The notes beneath the pieces are model-generated. The model searched no databases. It was not told the DNA's origin and worked only from the letters and a program-made list of their open reading frames with translations. Of a stretch of 64,000 nucleotides of DNA, positions 50,619 to 60,385 are shown piece after piece. Location of the stretch: assembly GCF_002951835.1 (NCBI RefSeq), contig NZ_CP019448.1, forward strand, positions 2,401,382 to 2,465,381, in the 5' to 3' direction. The stretch's first letter is position 1; each line of letters begins with the position of its first letter. The position numbers and the translations under genes are program-made. The stretch comes from Simonsiella muelleri ATCC 29453 (lineage in GTDB: Bacteria > Pseudomonadota > Gammaproteobacteria > Burkholderiales > Neisseriaceae).

Positions 50619-51701
50619 TTACAAGCCTAAACAGTTGTTTAGGCTTTTTTCTTTTGTCCCCGAATTATCGGATTTTTTGGATTGTGTCCAAATTGTGTCC
50701 CAATTTAACAGTAAATTATCCGCGTGGTCTTGCAAGTGTTGTGATGAAAGATGTGCGTATTTCTGCACCATTTCCAAACTTTCCCAACCACCCATTTCTT
50801 TGAGAGCCAAAAGCGGTACGCCACTTTGCACCAACCAACTTGCCCATGTGTGGCGTAAGTCATGCCATTTGAAATTACTAATCCCAGCTTCTTTTAAGCC
50901 TTTTCTCCAAATGCGATGACTGACCGCTTTAACAGGCTGCCCTTTGCTGTTATTAAACACAAAAGGCGTGGTTTTCTGTCGGACTGCCAAAACCTGTAAT
51001 GCCACCTGATTAAGCGGTACGCCCAAAGCCTGACTGTTTTTAGTCTCATCAGGATAAATCCATGCGATACGCCGTTTTAAATCAATCTGTTCCCATTTTA
51101 AATTCAACACATTATTTTGTCGCAAACCTGTTACTAGTGAAAAAATAATCATATGCTGCATATAGGGCAAGTTTTCAAAGGCATGAACCAATTTTTGGGC
51201 TTCCTGCGGTTTGAGCCAGCGAATGCGTTTTTTCGGCTCTTTGTACAATGTGAGTTTGGGGGCTTTACTCAACCAGTCCCATTCATTCACGCATTTGTTC
51301 AAAATGGAACGAATTAACGCCAAATAGCGGTTTTTCGTACTGTTTGAACAAGGCAATTCACTAACCACTTTCATAATCGTTTTGCGGTCTAAATCTTGCA
51401 AATACCGACCACGCAAGGCGGTTAATTGCCGAATACGACAAATATCGTCTTCAATACTCTTTTTGTCTTGTTTCTCCTTAATCCATTTGGCGGCAGCTTC
51501 GTCCCATAAATGTTTTGGCAGCACACCTAAATGCTGTTGCTGCCAAATTTCATGTTCTAACTGCACTCTGTACGCTTGAGCCTTCGCCTTGTCGCTGGTG
51601 CCAGTAGAGCGTCTAATTCGCTGATTGCCTGCTCTGATGTCAAGATACCAAACGCCGTCTCTCTGGTAGATACCTTTGTTTTTACTTTGCTTTTTGGACA
51701 T
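50619..51701 (-). CDS. int: Tyrosine-type site-specific integrase (P4-like), oriented towards the tRNA-Lys 3' end
   Basis: 360 aa. C-terminal catalytic region (..HDLRHTWASWLVQSG ... MGGWESLEMVQKYAHL). Confidence 0.9.
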   Translation of the reverse strand: MSKKQSKNKGIYQRDGVWYLDIRAGNQRIRRSTGTSDKAKAQAYRVQLEHEIWQQQHLGVLPKHLWDEAAAKWIKEKQDKKSIEDDICRIRQLTALRGRYLQDLDRKTIMKVVSELPCSNSTKNRYLALIRSILNKCVNEWDWLSKAPKLTLYKEPKKRIRWLKPQEAQKLVHAFENLPYMQHMIIFSLVTGLRQNNVLNLKWEQIDLKRRIAWIYPDETKNSQALGVPLNQVALQVLAVRQKTTPFVFNNSKGQPVKAVSHRIWRKGLKEAGISNFKWHDLRHTWASWLVQSGVPLLALKEMGGWESLEMVQKYAHLSSQHLQDHADNLLLNWDTIWTQSKKSDNSGTKEKSLNNCLGL

Positions 51702-51904
51702 TGTTGTTCACTCCGTTGTTGAAGTGATGTCTGTACGACATCATTTTCAAGTGATTGAAGAAACTCGTCAAGTTTCGCCTGACGAATGCAATAGGCTCGC
51801 CCGATTTTCGCCGCAACCAGTTTTCCTGCTCTGATGTATTCGCGTAGGGTTTCGGGGTGACAATGGGCGAGCTTGGCAGCTTCAGTTACGGTGTAGGTTT
51901 TCAT
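51557..51904 (-). CDS. Excisionase / AlpA-like HTH DNA-binding protein
   Basis: N-terminal YTVTEAAKLAHCHPETLREYIRAGKL (MerR/AlpA-type HTH). The 3' end overlaps the integrase start. Confidence 0.5.
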   Translation of the reverse strand: MKTYTVTEAAKLAHCHPETLREYIRAGKLVAAKIGRAYCIRQAKLDEFLQSLENDVVQTSLQQRSEQQCPKSKVKTKVSTRETAFGILTSEQAISELDALLAPATRRRLKRTECS

Positions 51905-52002
51905 GGTTTTTCCTGTTTGGGCAAGCTATCTTCACGTTTATTCATCGTTTTTCCTTTTGAAAAATTTCAGGCAGCCTGAAAAAATTCAAACTGCCCAAAC
52001 CA

Positions 52003-52446
52003 TTACAAAATCAATGACGCAATCAACACGCCCACTTGCACAACCAACAAAATCATCATTAAGCGAAAAGTCCGAGTTTCTAAGCTCTGAAATAAGTCCA
52101 CCGACATTTCACTAAATTGGTCTTGAATGCGCTTGCTAACTTGGGCAAACAATTTGTTTTCGTTTTCAGCCAGCATTTGTGTGTTGGTATGCAAAATTTC
52201 CTGAATAACCAAATTTTTTTGTTGGCTGAATGCGTCCGCCGACCCGACAATCGCGTTGGCTTTTTTCGTCAATTCATCAAGGAAAAATTGCTGTTGCGCT
52301 TGATGTTGCGCCACCAGTTCCGCCATTTCGCGGCGTTGAATTAACATCATGGCAATAATTGGGTCATCTGCCGTCATTTTATAGCCTGTCAAGTCATAGA
52401 GTTCAACAAGCAACTTTTGCACTTCGTCATGCTGTTTCGGGTTCAT
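52003..52446 (-). CDS. Plasmid-type transfer protein, TraM-like (IncP Tra1 core)
   Basis: About 147 aa with a C-terminal transmembrane helix. It lies immediately downstream of, and overlaps, a TraL-like ATPase gene. The assignment is by synteny and size. Confidence 0.35.
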   Translation of the reverse strand: MNPKQHDEVQKLLVELYDLTGYKMTADDPIIAMMLIQRREMAELVAQHQAQQQFFLDELTKKANAIVGSADAFSQQKNLVIQEILHTNTQMLAENENKLFAQVSKRIQDQFSEMSVDLFQSLETRTFRLMMILLVVQVGVLIASLIL

Positions 52447-53182
52447 GGCTGATTTCCGCATCAGTTAAGGGAATGGCATCAAGCTGGCTGAAAATGCTTT
52501 CTTTAACCATATTCAGACGGCGTTTTTCAGCGAACCGAAATTCAGGTGATACTTTCACTTCTTCAAACGTCAAATTCATTTCCGTCATGGTCGTAATGTC
52601 TTTGCCGTAGGTATCGGCTGCCAAAGATTCAATTTTTACAATGCCCAAAATGCGTTCTTGGTTGGCTTTATAAACAGAAAATTCTTTGAATGTTTTGCCT
52701 TTCAATTCAATTTTGCCGTTATGCTCGTTCAACCAAACAATCACATCGGCATTGTGTTTTTCCAAAATCTTGTCCAAACCTTTCACACATTCGGTCAGAG
52801 CTTGCCCACCGTCCAATGGTACATGGAACACCAAGCGGACACCTTCTTCTGCCAATGCGTTAGCCGTGTCGTTTTCTGCCATATAATTCATCAAAGGCGA
52901 AAAAGTCGCCGAGCCATTGTCCACTACCGCGAAACCGTCTTGATAAATCAAGGCTTCTACCAAATCATCAAATGGGCGTGTATTGATGGAATCATCATCA
53001 TTTAAGATATTGATGACTTCTGCATTAAATGCTGGATAGTTGGCAAATGAATGATTTTGTGGGTCAGTATCGTAACAATGTAAATGTGTGGTTTTGCCTT
53101 GCAAATATTGCACCACCAAAGACGCAATAAATGTTTTCCCCACACCGCCCTTGCCTTGTGCTACCATGTGAACTTCTTGCAT
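52427..53182 (-). CDS. ParA/MinD-like P-loop ATPase, TraL-like (IncP-type)
   Basis: Deviant Walker A motif AQGKGGVGKT. 251 aa. Confidence 0.6.
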   Translation of the reverse strand: MQEVHMVAQGKGGVGKTFIASLVVQYLQGKTTHLHCYDTDPQNHSFANYPAFNAEVINILNDDDSINTRPFDDLVEALIYQDGFAVVDNGSATFSPLMNYMAENDTANALAEEGVRLVFHVPLDGGQALTECVKGLDKILEKHNADVIVWLNEHNGKIELKGKTFKEFSVYKANQERILGIVKIESLAADTYGKDITTMTEMNLTFEEVKVSPEFRFAEKRRLNMVKESIFSQLDAIPLTDAEISHEPETA

Positions 53183-53275
53183 AAAAATTCCTTTAAAAAT
53201 AGCCCCTTATTCTGTACGATAAGGGGCGTTAGGTTTATCAAAAAAAGAATATTGGATTATTCAGGCTGCCTGAAA

Positions 53276-53836
53276 TTATTTCACATCTACCCATTTATGA
53301 CCGCAAGCGTATTTTTCCGTGTGTGGCTGTGAATGAGACAATGAGCCACCAAATCCGCCAATACTGCGCACCATGCGCGTACAGTACACCGTTTGTAATT
53401 CGGTTTTGACCGTAGTCCATTCGTGGTTTTCGTAGGCAGCGCAATAGCTGGGTTTAGTTTTACTCACAACAAAACGGCGATTTTGACCCAAACCCACATA
53501 ATGCCCGATTTTATTCAACTCGGCGGCATCGCAACGTCCAGCACCCTTTGCCAACGCATTAACCAGTTGGGGCATATTCGGTTCTCTGCTGGACGGACAC
53601 AAATTCAAGAAATCCTTACGCGCCTGAATGGTTTTATATGGCTTTTTCAGTTTGATGGAAAAATAGCGGTGCAAAGATTCCGCGCATTCGTTCGGACGTT
53701 CTGCGCTGGACAAGCACAAAATTGCTTCACACGCCAAGCGGGTATCGCCTGTGAGCAAATCGTCTGCATGAGCCGAAAGCGGCACAAAAAAAGTGGCAGA
53801 AACAGCCGTTACCACCAGCAATTTTTTCATTTTCAT
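53276..53836 (-). CDS. Secreted protein, TrbM-like
   Basis: Signal peptide, then DLLTGDTRLACEAILCLSS, as I recall for TrbM-family proteins. Confidence 0.45.
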   Translation of the reverse strand: MKMKKLLVVTAVSATFFVPLSAHADDLLTGDTRLACEAILCLSSAERPNECAESLHRYFSIKLKKPYKTIQARKDFLNLCPSSREPNMPQLVNALAKGAGRCDAAELNKIGHYVGLGQNRRFVVSKTKPSYCAAYENHEWTTVKTELQTVYCTRMVRSIGGFGGSLSHSQPHTEKYACGHKWVDVK

Positions 53837-53935
53837 GATAAAACACTCCTAAAATAGATAGGTTAAAACAGTCATTTGCAAAAATTTTGCAAAACAAAAC
53901 CAGCTTGTTCAAACTGGCTTGGGTTTGCAACCATT

Positions 53936-54361
53936 TCAGGCTGCCTGAAATACTTTTTCATCAGAAAAATAAGTGTTTGGGTAACGGCGGTAAATGCTTT
54001 TTCTCAAACGCTCATACGTGGCTTGGACATTGGGAAACTTACGCTTTTTCCTGCTTCTGACCATTTCTAGCATGACTTGACCGCGCCCATTTTTCGGCGG
54101 ACGGTATACGGCAATTACTTCAACCAAACCGTTGCGTTCGCGTACCAGCATAACTGTTTCACGGTTCAAATCATCATAGGTAATTTTGTCGTAGTTACCA
54201 ATCAAACTGTCCACACTGAATTTTGCGTGTGTCAGCGCGGTTTCACGGCTCATGCCATGCGCCAACATCTTTTTAAATTGGCTGTAAATATGGTTGCGCT
54301 GTTGAGCAAATTTAGGCTCGGCAATCGGTTTTAAGATTTGAGCCAAGGTTTTGTTTTTCAT
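53936..54361 (-). CDS. Small basic protein; candidate oriT-binding (TraK-like) accessory protein
   Basis: Start moved to MKNKTLAQ at 54361. 141 aa, basic. It is the first gene of the leftward operon, next to a roughly 600 bp ORF-free, repeat-containing region. Confidence 0.3.
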   Translation of the reverse strand: MKNKTLAQILKPIAEPKFAQQRNHIYSQFKKMLAHGMSRETALTHAKFSVDSLIGNYDKITYDDLNRETVMLVRERNGLVEVIAVYRPPKNGRGQVMLEMVRSRKKRKFPNVQATYERLRKSIYRRYPNTYFSDEKVFQAA

Positions 54362-55066
54362 AACAACACCTAAATCAATTAAAACATTGCAACCACTCAC
54401 CCAGCCAAAGCTAAGCGAGCGGTGCAACTTCATAAGGAATAATTTTAAAAACAATATTTAAAATCACACGATTTCATAGCGGAGCATTGCTCAACGCTGC
54501 CTGAAACCCTGTATTCGCTGCCTACTGCCGCAGCGTTAGAACCATTCCGTAGATAGATTCCAGCATTGGGAATACGTCCCAATTCATCAAGATACGTTCA
54601 AATTGTCGCCTGTTCACGGACGCACAATGCGCTACCCGTATGCACGGACATTTCAACTGCTTGGGGCTGATTGAATGCAGCCTGAAACCCAATTACACGA
54701 CTTACTTTCTGAAATCAATCAGGGAAGTTGGGTTACTTGCGTTTCCAAATTGTTAAAGAACTGTGATACCTGCACAGCTCAAATTAAACACTACGTTTAA
54801 GAAAAAATCAACACTTTGTTTAAATTTCAAAATAAACTTTTGATAGTAAATGAAATATTTTTTAAGAGATTTACAGTAAGTTTAATTTTTGATGATTTTG
54901 AGCAAGATATAGATAGCAAAAATCCCCGTGGCAACGGGGATTAATGTATGGCTCTCGTCTGATGATTAACCACGTCATGGAGTAAGCACGAAACGGAAAG
55001 TTATTGTCAGGGGAAATAGGCTTGGAAGTGAACCATAAGGCTATTTTAGCGGAGGTTCTGTTTTAA

Positions 55067-55375
55067 CTAAAAACCATCAAGCTGATTAGATTTAGGATAT
55101 TTTTTATTAAATACGTCCCATTCAGGCACTTCCCCATATTTTTCTTGATATTCACTATATGCAAACACATCCCATTCAGGTGGAGGAGCTGGTTTTTGTG
55201 TTTTAACCGCAGGCTTTTCATTAGAAGTAGAAATTTTAGTAGGATTTATAATTGGTGTTTCATGTGTTGGCGGTGATATTGTATAGTAATTTTTTGTTGT
55301 ATGTACACAAGATGTAGTTAATACTGATACGATACATAAGTTAAAAAATTTACTCATGATTTTCTCACTTTTCAT
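55067..55375 (-). CDS. Putative lipoprotein with a duplicated PEWDVF motif
   Basis: Signal peptide with an LTTSC lipobox-like sequence, a Pro-rich linker, and two copies of the motif (Y/V)PEWDVF. Confidence 0.35.
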   Translation of the reverse strand: MKSEKIMSKFFNLCIVSVLTTSCVHTTKNYYTISPPTHETPIINPTKISTSNEKPAVKTQKPAPPPEWDVFAYSEYQEKYGEVPEWDVFNKKYPKSNQLDGF

Positions 55376-55988
55376 AATTAAGGAAAATTCTTTTTAATTC
55401 AACAGCAATGCCAATAATTTGTGTATCAGTTGGCATAATTTCTGGCATCTGATTGTTATATTTTAAAAAATACTGGTTTTTTAAATCAATAGATAATTTA
55501 GCAACAATCCCACGTTCATTTGATGATACGAGTACAACATGGTTATGTTGTGCTTTTAAATGTGGATTGATAAGTAAAATATCATCTTTAAAAATGCCTA
55601 TACTTTGTAGTTCATCATTTGGTATTTTGACCCAAAATGGTATTTTGGGTGGTGCTGTAATAACTTGATTTAAATCCAATAATTTAAAATTTTTTTGACT
55701 ATTTGCAATTACAGTACCATAATTTTCATTAACAAAATGATTGATATTCCCTGTATTGTTGATGTTGGTAACTGCATTACTTTTCTCAATCAGCATTTCT
55801 CCCTTACCTGTTTTAACCCAGTTAGATGAAACATTTAATTTTTCTTGAATATCTAAAATTCCTTGATTTGAAATACCACGTTTTTCCCAATTTTTAACAA
55901 CTTGTGGGGAAGTGTTGAGTAAATGGGCAATTCCTGTTTGTGTATTTACTTGAAAAAGCTCCTGTGTCGCAGCGTATAGCCTTTGCAT
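55365..55988 (-). CDS. CI-like repressor (XRE HTH plus S24 LexA-like peptidase domain)
   Basis: N-terminal HTH. The C-terminal S24 fold (GIFKDDILLINPHLKAQHNHVVLV) includes the Ser/Lys dyad context. Confidence 0.7.
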   Translation of the reverse strand: MQRLYAATQELFQVNTQTGIAHLLNTSPQVVKNWEKRGISNQGILDIQEKLNVSSNWVKTGKGEMLIEKSNAVTNINNTGNINHFVNENYGTVIANSQKNFKLLDLNQVITAPPKIPFWVKIPNDELQSIGIFKDDILLINPHLKAQHNHVVLVSSNERGIVAKLSIDLKNQYFLKYNNQMPEIMPTDTQIIGIAVELKRIFLNYEK

Positions 55989-56138
55989 TGTGATGTCCAT
56001 AATGTATCTGTTTCAATTCTTTACAGTCCATAACTGCTAAATTATCCCTGATTTAAACAAAATGTTGTTAAACGCATTGTTTGACTTTTTATTAAACATA
56101 GTGTTTAATTTAAGCATTTTTAAACATGGAGTTTTGTT

Positions 56139-56327
56139 ATGAATGCCAACGAGCCATCAGACAAAAAGATTATTGAACAATTAGGTGGCACAAGTCAGGT
56201 GGCAAAATTGATAAAAGCCAGTCCACAACGTGTCCATAACTGGAAAAATCGGGGTATTCCAGCTTCTGTTAAATTAGCTTATCCTGAATTATTTCTAATT
56301 ACCCAAATTTCAAAAGAGCAAAAATAA
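56139..56327 (+). CDS. Cro-like small HTH regulator, divergent from the cI-like gene
   Basis: 62 aa. HTH LGGTSQVAKLIKASPQRVHNWKNRGIP. Confidence 0.55.
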   Translation: MNANEPSDKKIIEQLGGTSQVAKLIKASPQRVHNWKNRGIPASVKLAYPELFLITQISKEQK

Positions 56328-56333
56328 AGCCCA

Positions 56334-57179
56334 TTGGCTGCAACCAAATGGGCTTTCAAATGCTTTTATTACAAGCAGAAAGTTTACCATAAAATGCTTT
56401 TATTGCAAACCCTTAAATCACATCTCAACGAAGAATGCGCCATTGTTTACCGCGAATTTAGCGCAATTTGTGGCACAAATGTTCAGGCTGCCACGATGTT
56501 GTCCAAATTCGTGTATTGGTCTGATGTCGTTCATCGCACCGAGCCGCAAAAATGTGGCTGGTTCTACAAAACCGCCCAACATCTTTACGATGAATTGGGC
56601 TTAACTCGTCGTGGCTATGAAAAAGCACGAAACTTTCTGATTTCACAGGGTTTACTGCAATACAGACGCGGTGGCGTTCACGGTAAAATGCACTTTTGCG
56701 TGAATTTTGGGCGTTTGCTGGAAATGGTTTATGAAATTAAAGGTATGGTTGCACCAAAAAATATTTTGCAAACCCAAATTGACCGCGACAATTACACCAT
56801 TCCCAAATTTATTCCATTGGACAAATGGAATGATTATCTTGATGTTTACAAAGATAAAAAAGGCAAATTTCCCAGCAATAAACAAAAAAGTGCCTTGATT
56901 AAGCAGTTGGCACGTTTGCGTGGCAAATTTGATTTGAATGTGGTTATGGAACGCAGTATTGTTGCTGGTTGGATTGGCTTTTATTCGCCTGAATATCAGC
57001 CCAGCCAAGTGAATAGCTATCAAGAACAAAAACACATTCAAGCCATTCAAAAAGAAATCCAAGAGCAACAGAGACAACGTGAGAGCCAAGCTCCACCGCG
57101 TAGTGAAGCCGCCAAGCAGGAACAAAAGCAAATTATGGCGGAGATAATGAAACACCTGAAAAAGGCTAAAAAGTGGTGA
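56334..57179 (+). CDS. Hypothetical protein; candidate replication / primosome-loading protein of the element
   Basis: It lies downstream of the cro-like gene. It has a Q/K/E-rich basic C-terminal tail. An iteron-like repeat cluster follows. Confidence 0.3.
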   Translation: MAATKWAFKCFYYKQKVYHKMLLLQTLKSHLNEECAIVYREFSAICGTNVQAATMLSKFVYWSDVVHRTEPQKCGWFYKTAQHLYDELGLTRRGYEKARNFLISQGLLQYRRGGVHGKMHFCVNFGRLLEMVYEIKGMVAPKNILQTQIDRDNYTIPKFIPLDKWNDYLDVYKDKKGKFPSNKQKSALIKQLARLRGKFDLNVVMERSIVAGWIGFYSPEYQPSQVNSYQEQKHIQAIQKEIQEQQRQRESQAPPRSEAAKQEQKQIMAEIMKHLKKAKKW

Positions 57180-57606
57180 AATCGTTGTAATTTTGCCTGT
57201 TTTGGTGTGCCTGATTTGGTGGGTAACTGTATATTTTATTTAGATTTTTATTTAATTTTTCCCAAAATGCACCCGTATAACACCCAAAATGGGTGTTTTT
57301 TATTTATGCTTTCGTTGAATGGCGTTTCAGGCAGCCTGAAACGTATTTCTGCCTATTTTTTAAGTAAAAAACCGCATTCATTCATCAAGTAGAAAATGTT
57401 TTAAAATCATGTCTTTGTACATTTTGAACAATGTACTTTGAACAAAATGTACATTGTACTTTGCTCAAAATGGACGCACTCTATACAAAGAATACTTTCA
57501 AAGATTACGCCAAAGAAAATGAGCGCGGTCGCGCTCGGTGGTATTTTGATTTTTTGTTTATCAGAAAGAAAATGCGTGTGGCAGGGATAGTTTTTCTTGA
57601 TAAAAT

Positions 57607-57879
57607 TTGCCCAATTTCCGTGAAAACATTGAATTTGCCAAATACCGTGAACCGATTGCCATTACACAATACGGCAAACCTGCTGTGGTTTTGATGAGTT
57701 ATGAAGAAGCGGTTAATTTATTGAACATCAAAGAAAAAGCATATTCAGATGAACGAGTGCCCAATGAATTAACTCGCCAAGCCATGCAAGAATTGAGAGA
57801 TGACCGTCAGAGCCGACATTTGAAACGACATGATAGCGTAGAAGCTATGATAGCGGATATTCAGGTGTTTGAAGAATGA
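57607..57879 (+). CDS. Phd/YefM-family antitoxin-like protein
   Basis: IEFAKYREPIAITQYGKPAVVLMSYEEAVNL matches the YefM/Phd N-terminal fold signature. Its stop overlaps the start of the next ORF (ATGA). Confidence 0.65.
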   Translation: MPNFRENIEFAKYREPIAITQYGKPAVVLMSYEEAVNLLNIKEKAYSDERVPNELTRQAMQELRDDRQSRHLKRHDSVEAMIADIQVFEE

Positions 57880-58433
57880 ACCGTACACTTGTACCGAGAA
57901 TACGCGAAATTCAAGCTGAATTTTTGGCTCAGCTGCCCGATGAATTACATCAAGGACAAGTTGGGCGTGTTGCCAAACGTTTTGCATTGGTGGCAACAGC
58001 GTTGGAAATGTCGCGTTCTATTACATGCATTATGCAGGGCATGGGTATGTTAATGGTGCAAAAGTGTTTTGATGATTGGCTCAACCGTACAGGTGCTGGT
58101 AAACAAGAAGATTTGAAAATCATCAAGAAAATGGCGGACTTTATGCAACTAAACGCTGACAATGGGCGTTTTGCTCAATGGGACGCTAAAATCACATCGT
58201 CCAACCATGCAGGGTATTTCAGGAAAGTGGATTATGGTAAAAGTACCCACTATTGGATGGTACCGGCGGTGTTTGAACAGGAAATTTTTCAGGGTATTGA
58301 TATTCAAAAAGTGTGTCAGGTTCTGTGTGATTTGGGGTGGTTAATCCGCCCTAATGATAAAAACTGGAAGCATTTGAAACGTGATAAAGGGCGTTTTTAT
58401 GTTATTAAAGGAATTGAAATTCCTGAAAAATAA
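57876..58433 (+). CDS. Hypothetical 185 aa protein translationally coupled to the Phd/YefM-like gene. It is not Doc-, RelE- or YoeB-like.
   Basis: A 4-nt overlap with the upstream gene. I recognise no Fic motif or RelE fold. Confidence 0.4.
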   Translation: MNRTLVPRIREIQAEFLAQLPDELHQGQVGRVAKRFALVATALEMSRSITCIMQGMGMLMVQKCFDDWLNRTGAGKQEDLKIIKKMADFMQLNADNGRFAQWDAKITSSNHAGYFRKVDYGKSTHYWMVPAVFEQEIFQGIDIQKVCQVLCDLGWLIRPNDKNWKHLKRDKGRFYVIKGIEIPEK

Positions 58434-58999
58434 TCTATTTTTTACTCAAAGCCATCAATCATTGATTTTGATTGATGGCTTTTTGTAACACCTTGTATCG
58501 CCCGTATCGCCCAGTATTATTCTAAATAATTTATTTAAATTCAATAATGTAACAGGTGTAACACCTGTAACTCCCAACTTTACCATTATTTGAATTTAGA
58601 AAATAACTTTATTTAAGAAACAATCATATTTAGGGTATTACGGGTGTTATATCTTTTAACCATATGTTTTTATTAATAAATATTTTATTATTAGGGTGTT
58701 ACAAAGGTGTTACGAGGCTGTTACATCCATTTATCAAAGAAAAAAATTTGGTGGAATGCCAAAAATTGTTGGGGTCCTGATTTTTTTAATAAAAAAAAAT
58801 TTGATTTATCAGGAAAAAAATCGTCAGAAGAAAAAATGCCTTTCGGTGGAGTTTTGGCAGTAGTGGATAAACCTGTTTTCTGATGATTATTTAATTGAAT
58901 TTAAATGGAAAAAAGTTTTATTTTTTTAAAAAATAACTTGATTTACACACGATTCGTGTGTATAATGGCTTTATTAAATGTTAAACAGGAACTTCAATT

Positions 59000-59323
59000 A
59001 TGAACCATTTAGACACCCAACTGCAAAAAGCCCAAGTTAAACAAGCGTGGGAAGATGTCCGCAAAAAGCGTTTAGAAAACGATTTGACCGAACAACTGAA
59101 CGAAATCCAAATCAAAAAAGCCGAATTAGACTTGGCACAACACGAACAATTACAGGAGATTGAAAGACGTAAACAATTGGCGGAACTCGCTAAACTGGAA
59201 CAGGAAGCCAACCACATTTTATTAGCAAGTAAGGTAGGTGCTTCAATTTTGGCGGTGGTTTCGTTTATTGTGGTTACAATCATTACAATTTATGAGAAAC
59301 TGAAAGCCGTATTTGGCGGTTAA
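59000..59323 (+). CDS. Hypothetical coiled-coil protein with a C-terminal transmembrane anchor
   Basis: 107 aa. Q/E/K-rich heptads followed by a hydrophobic tail. Confidence 0.35.
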   Translation: MNHLDTQLQKAQVKQAWEDVRKKRLENDLTEQLNEIQIKKAELDLAQHEQLQEIERRKQLAELAKLEQEANHILLASKVGASILAVVSFIVVTIITIYEKLKAVFGG

Positions 59324-59493
59324 AATTAAGGCGATATGGGATAGCAATTATCTCATATCCACTAAAACTTAAATCATTGAACAATATGGAGATTTGAAAT
59401 GATTAAAGAAAATAAAACAGTAGCTGAACAACTAGATTTTGAATTGGCTGAAATCAAAAAGAAACATGAACTTGCCAATAAAAAGGCGGTCGT

Positions 59494-59751
59494 ATGGATT
59501 ATTTTAATGTTGTTATTGACGCTTTGGTTTTGGTCGTGGTTATGATGAATTTCCCTGAAATTGGCTACACGCCAGCGAATTTGCGTTATGTATTGGAACA
59601 AATGAGGTGGACACAAAAAGAGCTTGCAGAGCGTTTAAACGTCAGTTTAAGGGGCGTTCAAGCGTGGGTAGCAGACGTGGACAAACCAGCCCATAGGGAT
59701 ATGCCTGTAAGCCAATGGCAAGCCTTACTTGTGCTTATTCAGGCAGCCTGA
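59494..59751 (+). CDS. Small HTH (XRE-like) DNA-binding protein
   Basis: HTH WTQKELAERLNVSLRGVQAW. Confidence 0.4.
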   Translation: MDYFNVVIDALVLVVVMMNFPEIGYTPANLRYVLEQMRWTQKELAERLNVSLRGVQAWVADVDKPAHRDMPVSQWQALLVLIQAA

Positions 59752-59977
59752 AACAGCAAAAATCGCCTATTTCTACAATAGCGGAAATAGGCGATTTTTT
59801 TAACTATTGTTGAATAGCGTTTGCCTAATTCTACGTTCATTTTCTGCTCCAACCACTTGATTAAATCATCTCTATTTTCAAATTTAGGAACAGCCACGAA
59901 ATCATCTTCAACTCGTGATTTCACGCGTTTGAAATCAAAATTAAATACTTATTGTTTCATCGTTTTTTTCCATATTG

Positions 59978-60385
59978 CTAAATCAAATCATCAATATCAC
60001 GCTGTTCACGCGAATTGAATTTTTTGAAACCTGTGTTAATCGGGTGGCGGTCATTTTCGGTTGGTGGTGGAGTGGTGGTTTTCGCTGGTGGTGGCACATC
60101 ATTTTTTACCACAGGCTCAAGTTGGGCAGGTTTGGACGGTTGAGCCTGATTAGGGCGTGTTTTTTGGGTTGGCACGGTGGCTGTTTGGCTTCTATTCTTG
60201 ATAAATGATTTGAGCGTGGTTAAGCCCACTTGTAAGCCATTTTCTTGCAAAAATGCCAAAATTTGGGCTTGTGAGTAGCCTTCATTTTTCAGGAAAAAAA
60301 TGTCATCTTTGAACGGCTCTAATTTGGAAACACGCCCTTTTTTGGGATTTTTGTTGATAAATTCTTGTACAGATTGGCTAATCAT
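59978..60385 (-). CDS. Hypothetical DNA-binding protein (HTH plus a Pro/Thr-rich linker)
   Basis: Start moved to MISQSV at 60385. Possible HTH YSQAQILAFLQENGLQVGLTTLKSFI. Confidence 0.35.
   Translation of the reverse strand: MISQSVQEFINKNPKKGRVSKLEPFKDDIFFLKNEGYSQAQILAFLQENGLQVGLTTLKSFIKNRSQTATVPTQKTRPNQAQPSKPAQLEPVVKNDVPPPAKTTTPPPTENDRHPINTGFKKFNSREQRDIDDLI

Noticed and set aside
57207-57694. ORFs 57207-57392 and 57431-57694 from the six-frame track
   Set aside because: They overlap the iteron region and the start of the Phd-like gene. They have no ribosome-binding site and odd composition. The region is better explained as non-coding repeats plus the phd 5' region.
59400-59548. A 49 aa ORF (MIKENKTVAEQLDFELAEIKKKHELANKKAVVWIILMLLLTLWFWSWL) with a C-terminal transmembrane helix
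   Set aside because: It is plausible as a small membrane protein of the mobile element, but it is below the size where I can support it without conservation data. It overlaps the start of the 59494 HTH ORF.
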